Positions 38,837 to 45,743 of a stretch of 64,000 bases of DNA are shown here, piece after piece. A program made the position numbers and the translations under genes. This DNA comes from an uncultured Candidatus Saccharibacteria bacterium (GTDB lineage: Bacteria; Patescibacteriota; Saccharimonadia; Saccharimonadales; Saccharimonadaceae): assembly GCA_963528475.1 (NCBI GenBank), contig CAURVP010000002.1, positions 3,187 to 67,186 of the forward strand, written 5' to 3'. The notes under the pieces are model-generated. The model was not told where the DNA came from, searched no databases, and worked only from the letters and a program-made list of their open reading frames with translations. The stretch's first letter is position 1, and each line of letters starts with the position of its first letter.

Positions 38837-39754
38837 GTGAAAATCGCAATACTCAGTAACGGCAATGTGAACTACTCAACGCTTCGCCTCAAGGAAGAGG
38901 CGGAGAGGCGCGGACACAGTGTGAGAGTGATTAAATACCGCAAATGTTATGTGACGATTGATGAGAAGAATCCAACGGTGATGTATGATGGTGAAGCAAT
39001 TGATCAGTACGATGCAATAATTCCGCGCATTGCAAGCTATATGACTCGCTACGGCACAGCAGTAGCACGTCAGTTAGAAATGGCGTATCCACGCACACTT
39101 TTTGTTAATCGCTCGATTGCGATTACCCGGGCGCGCGATAAACTGCGCTCGACACAGCTGTTAGCTCGAGGCGGGGTAGCTATTCCTAAGACAGTGTTTA
39201 GTCGTAACTCAGCCGATATAGACGATCTCCTTAACGAACTTGGTGGTACGCCAGTTATCATCAAGCTAGCTCGTGGTACTCATGGCAATGGTGTAGTGTT
39301 GGCAGAGACGAAGAAGGCGGCAAAGTCGGTGCTCCAGGCGCTGTACCTCACCAATGAGGATGGGACGAATATTCTCTTGCAAGAATTTATTCGTGAGTCG
39401 GCTGGAGTGGATATCCGTGCCTTTGTGGTGGGGAGCCGTGTGGTGGCGAGTATGAAGCGCCAGAGCCTAGATGACGACTTTCGCTCTAATCTCCACAAAG
39501 GAGGCGAAGGAACGCCGATCCGCTTAACGGATACCGAGCGTCGCATGTGTTTGCGGGCAGCTAAGGCGATGGGCTTGACGGTGGCGGGTGTTGACTTTAT
39601 GCGCTCGAGTCGTGGGCCGCTAGTGCTTGAGGTCAATGCGAGCCCAGGCTTTGGGATAGAGAAAATTACGCGGCGTAATGTAGCCAAACCGATCATTGAA
39701 TATATTGAGCGCAATGCCAAGCGGCAGCACAAGAAGGATCGTGTTGGGGCATAA
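38837..39754 (+). CDS. rimK: RimK-type alpha-L-glutamate ligase (ribosomal protein S6 modification family)
   Basis: GTG start. VIIKLARGTHGNGVVL, LLQEFI and GPLVLEVNASPGF are all canonical. 305 aa. Confidence 0.85.
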   Translation: MKIAILSNGNVNYSTLRLKEEAERRGHSVRVIKYRKCYVTIDEKNPTVMYDGEAIDQYDAIIPRIASYMTRYGTAVARQLEMAYPRTLFVNRSIAITRARDKLRSTQLLARGGVAIPKTVFSRNSADIDDLLNELGGTPVIIKLARGTHGNGVVLAETKKAAKSVLQALYLTNEDGTNILLQEFIRESAGVDIRAFVVGSRVVASMKRQSLDDDFRSNLHKGGEGTPIRLTDTERRMCLRAAKAMGLTVAGVDFMRSSRGPLVLEVNASPGFGIEKITRRNVAKPIIEYIERNAKRQHKKDRVGA

Positions 39755-39805
39755 CCATTCAAACGTATTTGCTTTTCTCATAACGCTTATGTTGAATTGG
39801 TGTCA

Positions 39806-39814
39806 TGGTATAAT
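39806..39814 (+). promoter_or_regulatory. Extended -10 box TGgTATAAT, 6 nt before ATG 39821
   Basis: Read directly from the sequence. Confidence 0.5.
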
Positions 39815-39820
39815 GATGGC

Positions 39821-40303
39821 ATGATGTTGCTTGGATTGCTTGCTGGCATGGCTGTGGTTTTGGCTGGTTTGGTATATGTAGCGAAGCGGCATTTTGGGCT
39901 ACCAGTCATAGGCCTGGCGGTTGGTATGGTAATGACACAGCTGTGGGCGGCAGATGTCGTGCCGTATGCTGCTGGGGTTGGCATAGGCATTGACCGGTCT
40001 GCTTTGCTTGCGATGGTGACGATTGTGCTGACGGTGCTACCAGCTGTGGTGCTGGTGTGTTGCGGCTCGGTGGTGAGTCAGCGCTGGTGGCGAATTGGTG
40101 GCTCGCTTGTCTTTGGTATTATGGCGGTGTATGTGCTGTTTGGTGCGCTGAGTAGCTTCGTGCCAGTTGATGAGACAAGCAAGACGGTTGTGGCAGCACT
40201 GGACGGGTCTCATGCAGCGGTTGTAACGATAGGGTTTGCATGTGCACTTGTTGACACGCTCGTGGCTTGCGCAAAGGGCGCAAAACCACACAAGAAAAAG
40301 TAG
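39821..40303 (+). CDS. Small integral membrane protein, unknown function
   Basis: Start set to ATG 39821 because TGgTATAAT (39806-39814) lies inside the longer ORF, 6 nt upstream. Has 4-5 TM helices and a basic tail. Confidence 0.55.
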   Translation: MMLLGLLAGMAVVLAGLVYVAKRHFGLPVIGLAVGMVMTQLWAADVVPYAAGVGIGIDRSALLAMVTIVLTVLPAVVLVCCGSVVSQRWWRIGGSLVFGIMAVYVLFGALSSFVPVDETSKTVVAALDGSHAAVVTIGFACALVDTLVACAKGAKPHKKK

Positions 40304-40361
40304 AAAGCTATTGTCTCAGCGTAGGTCTCAGACCTGCAGTGCGTCCTGTTTGTTATATAAA

Positions 40362-40384
40362 ACGACCCTCGAGCTGAGGGTCGT
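40362..40384. terminator. Hairpin between the convergent membrane-protein gene and yebC
   Basis: ACGACCCTC (40362-40370), loop GAGCT, GAGGGTCGT (40376-40384). The U-tract is weak. Confidence 0.45.
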
Positions 40385-40437
40385 AATACAACTATGCGTA
40401 TAAGCAAACACTTGCTGGGTATTGTTCGGTAGTATGA

Positions 40438-41142
40438 TTACGCGGCATTTGTCGCAACGTTTGTTACATCATCGAGTGCTTCAAGTGCGTCGATAATTTT
40501 GGTAAGCTTGCGGGCGGTCTCATCATCCTCGATAGCAACGGTGTTGTTGGGCACATACTGGAGCTCTGCATCTTCAACGGTCATGCCAGCTGCGAGCAAA
40601 GCTTCGCGAACTTTGGCGAGCTCCTTTTTGTCGGTGTAGACAGTGAGGCCACCATCTTCTTCTGTTGCATCTTCAGCACCAGCATCAAGCACAGTAAGGA
40701 GCGCTTCTTCACCACTAGCTGCTACGCGGATCACGCCCTTGCGCGCAAACTGAAACATCACACTGCCGCTATCTGCCATGGTGCCACCATTCTTGGTGAG
40801 AGCGGTGCGGACCTCTGGATAGGTGCGGTTTTTGTTGTCGGTTGCTGTCTCGATAATGATGCCAACACCACCTGGGCCGTAGCCCTCATAGACTGCTTCT
40901 TCGAGTGCGGCAGCATTTTTATCATTGATGCGATCAATTGCTCGCTGGATGTTAGCGTTGGGCATGTTAGCTGCCCGAGCTTTCTCGATGGCCAATGCGA
41001 GACTTGAGTTGGTTGTTGGATCGGTGCCGCCACGGGCTGCGATGGCAATCATATTGCCAAGCTTGGTAAAGGCTGCGCCGCGCTTTGCATCAACCACGGC
41101 CTTTTGGCGATGGGTCGTGGCCCATTTACTGTGTCCAGACAT
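40438..41142 (-). CDS. yebC: YebC/PmpR family DNA-binding regulator
   Basis: MSGHSKWATTHRQKAVVDAKRG N-terminus. 234 aa. SD aaggaga is present, and TGcTACAAT (minus) lies at 41175-41183. Confidence 0.9.
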   Translation of the reverse strand: MSGHSKWATTHRQKAVVDAKRGAAFTKLGNMIAIAARGGTDPTTNSSLALAIEKARAANMPNANIQRAIDRINDKNAAALEEAVYEGYGPGGVGIIIETATDNKNRTYPEVRTALTKNGGTMADSGSVMFQFARKGVIRVAASGEEALLTVLDAGAEDATEEDGGLTVYTDKKELAKVREALLAAGMTVEDAELQYVPNNTVAIEDDETARKLTKIIDALEALDDVTNVATNAA

Positions 41143-41196
41143 AGGTTCTCCTTGATTGTTCTATCTTTCAACTCATTGTAGCATATTGAGCAGCTG

Positions 41197-42639
41197 TTAT
41201 TCTACGAGCGAGGCATCGCGCAGCGAGTAGCCAGTTGCTCGCCAGAGCCACCAGCAGAGGCCAATGAGCCCGCTATACCACAGCGCCACACCCCACCATG
41301 GCAACGCGAAATCGAGCTGCGCCCAGGGAAAGGCGGCGCATTGCTGGACGACCCACAACATTGCATCAAGCAACCATTGTGCTGGTGCGCCAAACACCGC
41401 TGCTGCCGCTGGCCACACAAGCGCCCCAACCCCAGCAATGCACGTGAGAAGCATTGCTAGCGGCACCCATGGCACAATGAGTAGATTGGCTGGCAGTGCC
41501 ACGAGCGATAATTGCCCAAATGCTGCGAGGCTAATTGGTAGTGTAGCAAGCTGTGCAGAGACTGTCTCACCCAAGACTTGGCGGCCGATTGATGGCTCTG
41601 CTGGGCCAAAGAAATAGCGCTGCAACAGCGGTGCAAGAATCATCACTCCAGCAAAGGACGCAAAGCTTAGCTGCCAGCCAATATCTCCCCAAATATAGCT
41701 TGGGTTCCATAGTACTGTGGCGGCACTTGCTACTGCCAGCAGTGTAATGGGGTGAAACGCACGACCATAGGCCCAAGCCCAAATGCTGAGTCCAGCCACA
41801 AGACCAGCGCGCGTCATGCTTGGGCTGAGCCCAGTAATAGCGACAAAACCAAGGACAAGACTTACACTGGTAAGCACCGCAAGGTAGCGCGACACCTTGG
41901 CAAACAAGCGCCGAGCGAGGCGGACGAGGATCGTGAGGTTGTATCCACTTGCCACAACGATATGGGTGAGGCCAGTAGTACGCATTGCTTCTTGGATATC
42001 ATGCGGCAGGGCGCGCTTTTGGCCAAGGACGTAGCCGCTGCCAAGGCTAGCTGCTGGCTCATGAATTGCATGGCGAATATGCTCAGCAAACCAATCGCGC
42101 ACCTGCAGGGCAACATCGCCAGGTTGCGGCTGAACAATGCGTTCCACATGGGCACGCTGCACAACAGCGGCAAAGTTACCAAAGCCAGGTTTGAGCTTGC
42201 CTCGCACAACCAGCCAGTCGCTGCGATGGACTGCAGGGTTGCCGTGCAGACTCACCCATACTGTGCCAGGTAGTGAGTGGCCATCAAGGCGGATAGCGCT
42301 CAGCCTCACGACGAGCTGATTGCGTTGATTTGTATCAGGGTCATCCTGCACCTGCCCGGTGATTGTCGCTATGTGCCCAAATAATGTCGCGTAGGAGCGC
42401 TGTTGCTGCTGATCACTCCCACCACGCACTAGGCCAACCATAAGCCCAGCAATCAATATGACAATAAGGCACCACCGCCGGCTTTGGCGTAGTGCACAGA
42501 TAATCCCGCCGCTAGCTACAATAAGCCACCACCACGCAGCGTACGGCCACCACTGGGCTAGTGCTACTCCACCAACAATGCCGCCGCAGCACATTGTGAG
42601 CTGCCATGTTGGGTGAATTCGCCGTTGCCACCACGTCAT
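41197..42639 (-). CDS. comEC: ComEC/Rec2-like DNA internalisation channel (no C-terminal metallo-beta-lactamase domain)
   Basis: An N-terminal OB/DUF4131-like region is followed by a polytopic competence domain (GLTHIVVASGYNLTIL). The ORF ends at 480 aa. Confidence 0.75.
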   Translation of the reverse strand: MTWWQRRIHPTWQLTMCCGGIVGGVALAQWWPYAAWWWLIVASGGIICALRQSRRWCLIVILIAGLMVGLVRGGSDQQQQRSYATLFGHIATITGQVQDDPDTNQRNQLVVRLSAIRLDGHSLPGTVWVSLHGNPAVHRSDWLVVRGKLKPGFGNFAAVVQRAHVERIVQPQPGDVALQVRDWFAEHIRHAIHEPAASLGSGYVLGQKRALPHDIQEAMRTTGLTHIVVASGYNLTILVRLARRLFAKVSRYLAVLTSVSLVLGFVAITGLSPSMTRAGLVAGLSIWAWAYGRAFHPITLLAVASAATVLWNPSYIWGDIGWQLSFASFAGVMILAPLLQRYFFGPAEPSIGRQVLGETVSAQLATLPISLAAFGQLSLVALPANLLIVPWVPLAMLLTCIAGVGALVWPAAAAVFGAPAQWLLDAMLWVVQQCAAFPWAQLDFALPWWGVALWYSGLIGLCWWLWRATGYSLRDASLVE

Positions 42640-42938
42640 TGATTATCATTAAACTATTGTGTTGCTGGTGTGTCAATTTATTACGTCTAAATCGCGGCTT
42701 TTCTGTCAATTTTATGCTGTTTGCTCTGCTTTTTATAGGGTTTATCAAGGAGGCTAGAATTTTTATGTAATTTGTTTTCTTAGGGTGAAATTATTGAATT
42801 TTTTGCGTTTAGCAAGAGATTTTTATACATTTACCAGGTGAGGTGGCAAGGGAGAGCCTCTTACAGAGGAGAAAGGTGAATTTTGCTATAGATAGTAGAA
42901 TTTTGGAAGAGTGATGATGAATCCAGTGTTTGCTCCGC

Positions 42939-42968
42939 TTGACAGTCTACCACGACCAGTGCTATACT
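42939..42968 (+). promoter_or_regulatory. Sigma70-type promoter of tRNA-Lys: TTGACA-N18-(TGc)TATACT
   Basis: -35 at 42939-42944 and -10 at 42963-42968. The tRNA 5' end is at 42981. Confidence 0.6.
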
Positions 42969-42980
42969 CGCAGAGTCTAC

Positions 42981-43057
42981 GGGCCCATAGCTCAGCAGGT
43001 TAGAGCACCTGCCTTTTAAGCAGGGTGTCGTGAGTTCGAGCCTCACTGGGCCCTCCA
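42981..43057 (+). tRNA. tRNA-Lys (anticodon TTT), CCA encoded
   Basis: Hand-folded cloverleaf: acceptor GGGCCCA/TGGGCCC, D stem GCTC/GAGC, anticodon stem CCTGC/GCAGG with loop CTTTTAA, T arm GTGAG-TTCGAGC-CTCAC. Confidence 0.9.
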
Positions 43058-43067
43058 TTGATCAATT

Positions 43068-43091
43068 AGCAGGCGAGATAGCCTGTTTTTT
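43068..43091 (+). terminator. Terminator after tRNA-Lys
   Basis: AGCAGGC, loop GAGATA, GCCTGTT, with the T-run TTTTTT. Confidence 0.6.
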
Positions 43092-43276
43092 GTTGTATCT
43101 GTTTGAAACCCTAAAGATCCGCATTATAAAATCTTAATTCCTATTTCTCGCTATTATTGTGCGGTAGAGAACAAAATCCGACCACCGTATTAGTTTGCGC
43201 AATTAACAAAACAATGTGCTTGTGCTTGACCAAGAGGATTGCTTTGCGCATAATCGTGGCGAGGAGGAAAAACAAA

Positions 43277-45052
43277 ATGCAAACTATGCGGAATTATGCC
43301 CAGCGAATCGTTGCATATGGGCTTGCCGTTACCATGATGATACCAGGAATAGCTGGAGCTTCTGCGCTTGGTGTTGATTCTTCCACTGCTCATTTCGCCA
43401 CCATCGGCGATTTTTTATTTGAGCGGGCAGTAGCGCGTGATGCTGTTGCTAGCAGTGAACCGACAGCAGCACAGCCTGTAGTGCGTCTTGCCGCTCATAC
43501 TGAACACGATGCATTGATGATTGGAGCACTCCACACAACAGACCGGCGTACGGTGAGTGCAGTTGAGCTGCATAATACTACGCGTCAGTTTGCACCGCTT
43601 AGTGATGTCGCGCTTGTTGTCAGTGTTAGCACAAACCACACCGACTACACGTGCCGCGTCAATCTACAAGGATATGCACCACCCCAGTCGTCGGTGCGCT
43701 ACTACCATCCAGCAGTGGCCCCGGCAGATGGCGCACAGCTCCAGGGTTGCCCAAGTGTACCAAATGATGAGCAAATCACGCGGTATGATGTGACGCTGGA
43801 GAGATCTGGTGCAACTATTGACAAAGCAAGCGCAGCCGTAGACGAGCTTGCAGGTGCACTCGTCTGGGAGCGTGCACGCTGGACGGCAGCGGCACGGACT
43901 GGGATATTCGCCAAGGACTTTCGAGCACGAGCTGGCGAAGCTGAGGTAACTGCGCCGTACGAAACGCCAGGCGAGCCATCATTGCAAATTCTTGAGGTCT
44001 TGCCTCATCCACACACCTGCGACGCAGCACCAGATAATTGTCAAAAATATGTCAAGATCAAAAATACCGGCGACCAGCCAATCGACCTTGCTACCTATCG
44101 TTTGCGTAGTGGTACGTCTGGCAGCAATAGTACTGTGCGAAATACCTCGTCTCTTGCGGGGACTATTGCGCCAGGCCAGGTGCTGACGATCCGGACTCAG
44201 GCAAATGGTGCGGAACTTGCAATATTGCGTAGTGGTACACTGTGGTTTGAGGACCAGTATGGCCTAGTGAGCTTTTCGCCGCGCATTGATGCATATAGCG
44301 GTGCAGGACAGGCTGCGCACCAGGGTAAGTCTTGGGCATACAATTCGCAAACTGGCGCGTGGCAATGGACAACGCCAAGCCCCGACCAAGCCAATAATAT
44401 CATCACTGATACACCAGCCTCACCTCATCAGCCATCGGGCAAACCGTGCCCCGCTGGCCAAGAACGCAACCCAGCAACAAATCGTTGTCGGAAAATCAAC
44501 AGTAGTGAGAAACAGTCAAGACAAACAACCGGTAATGCAAAGGTGGCGCGCAGCACTTCTCATGCTCAAAAGCTAACCATCTGCAAACCAGGCCAAGAGC
44601 GCAACCCCGCAACGGGCCGTTGCCGCGCAGCATCTGCCACTGGCCAGCAATTGGCCGTGTGCAAGGCGGGGCAGTATCGCAATCCTGCCACAGGGCGCTG
44701 CCGAGCGCTCGCTGGTGGTAAGACACCAGCTGCTGTATGTCAAGCAGGGTACTATCGCAACCCCGCGACTGGCCGCTGCAAAAAGCTTGGCGCAGCAAAT
44801 AGTCGCCAGCTGACGCCCTGCAAGCCAGGCTGGGAGCGTAATCCATCGACCAATCGCTGCCGCAAATCGACGAGCAAGAATAGCAAAGCACCAGCCGCAG
44901 GCTACGCTGTTGAGCCGGGTAGTTATAATGGGCAGACAGAGATTATCTGGTGGATGATTGGTGGGGTAGCCATCGTGGCGGTGGGCTATGCTGGCTGGGA
45001 GTGGCGTAGTGAGATTGGCCAGTGGCTACGCCGGATGGTGCGCAAAGGTTAG
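43277..45052 (+). CDS. Secreted, C-terminally anchored surface protein with a lamin-tail-like domain and five Cys-bracketed basic repeats
   Basis: Start set to MQTMRNY after SD ggagga. Has a signal-like N-terminus. LQILEVLPHP...YVKIKNTGDQPIDLATYRL resembles an LTD. There are five C-x2-G-x2-RNP-x-T-x-RC-[RK] units and a terminal TM helix. Confidence 0.6.
   Translation: MQTMRNYAQRIVAYGLAVTMMIPGIAGASALGVDSSTAHFATIGDFLFERAVARDAVASSEPTAAQPVVRLAAHTEHDALMIGALHTTDRRTVSAVELHNTTRQFAPLSDVALVVSVSTNHTDYTCRVNLQGYAPPQSSVRYYHPAVAPADGAQLQGCPSVPNDEQITRYDVTLERSGATIDKASAAVDELAGALVWERARWTAAARTGIFAKDFRARAGEAEVTAPYETPGEPSLQILEVLPHPHTCDAAPDNCQKYVKIKNTGDQPIDLATYRLRSGTSGSNSTVRNTSSLAGTIAPGQVLTIRTQANGAELAILRSGTLWFEDQYGLVSFSPRIDAYSGAGQAAHQGKSWAYNSQTGAWQWTTPSPDQANNIITDTPASPHQPSGKPCPAGQERNPATNRCRKINSSEKQSRQTTGNAKVARSTSHAQKLTICKPGQERNPATGRCRAASATGQQLAVCKAGQYRNPATGRCRALAGGKTPAAVCQAGYYRNPATGRCKKLGAANSRQLTPCKPGWERNPSTNRCRKSTSKNSKAPAAGYAVEPGSYNGQTEIIWWMIGGVAIVAVGYAGWEWRSEIGQWLRRMVRKG
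44447..44866 (+). repeat. Five in-frame coding repeats, C-x2-G-x2-RNP-x-T-x-RC-[RK]
   Basis: The first Cys codons are at 44447, 44582, 44660, 44738 and 44819. The spacings are 45, 26, 26 and 27 codons. Confidence 0.85.
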
Positions 45053-45116
45053 AGTCTCATTAGCTATACCATAGCGGTATATAGCAGAAGCTCTCAGATT
45101 CAGCTATACTAGCATC

Positions 45117-45593
45117 ATGCGAATCATTGGTATAGATCCAGGCACTGGCATCCTTGGCTTTGGCGTCATTGACGCTCATGGTGGTGCAACGCGACTCGTC
45201 ACGGCCGGTGTCATTACAACGCCAGCACATACTCCAATACCAGAGCGCCTTGGTGAGATATTCGATGGTCTCACGAGTATTATTGCAGAGGCACAGCCCA
45301 CAATGATGGCAATCGAAAAACTCTTCTTTGCGCGTAATATTACCACCGCTATGAGCGTAGCTGAAGCACGTGGCGTAGCGCTGCTGACTGGTCAGCGGGC
45401 AGGGCTGCGGATTGAGGAATATACACCACTCCAGATCAAGCAAACAATCACTGGCTATGGCAAAGCAGACAAAAAGCAAGTGCAAGAGATGGTGCGGCTC
45501 CAACTAGGCCTTCAGACGGTACCCAAGCCAGACGACTGTGCAGATGCTCTCGCGGCAGCGATTATGGCAGCATTTATGACGCGGCAGGGCTAG
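45117..45593 (+). CDS. ruvC: Holliday junction resolvase RuvC
   Basis: MRIIGIDPGTGILGFGVI. 158 aa. TATACT (45105-45110) lies 6 nt before the ATG. Confidence 0.9.
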   Translation: MRIIGIDPGTGILGFGVIDAHGGATRLVTAGVITTPAHTPIPERLGEIFDGLTSIIAEAQPTMMAIEKLFFARNITTAMSVAEARGVALLTGQRAGLRIEEYTPLQIKQTITGYGKADKKQVQEMVRLQLGLQTVPKPDDCADALAAAIMAAFMTRQG

Positions 45594-45728
45594 TGAGCTG
45601 CTGCTAGGCGCAGCTACACTGACAAGGTTAGAAATTAGATTATAAAAAGGCTTACGCTTGTGCTCTATCAGAGATGAGAAAGAGAAAAGCGCTAAGATTG
45701 GTGTTTTCAGCACATTGCGCCAGAACGA

Positions 45729-45737
45729 TGGTATAAT
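45729..45737 (+). promoter_or_regulatory. Extended -10 box TGgTATAAT, 6 nt before ATG 45744 (PBP1A)
   Basis: Read directly from the sequence. Confidence 0.5.
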
Positions 45738-45743
45738 TAAACT

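Noticed and set aside
42861-43058. 65-aa minus-strand ORF
   Set aside because: It is the reverse complement of tRNA-Lys and its promoter region.
44447-44866. Periodic nucleotide repeats that could be mistaken for a CRISPR-like or tandem array
   Set aside because: The repeats are in frame within a long ORF and conserved at the amino-acid level (Cys/Arg/Asn/Pro motif) rather than the DNA level. Spacing is irregular (135/78/78/81 nt).
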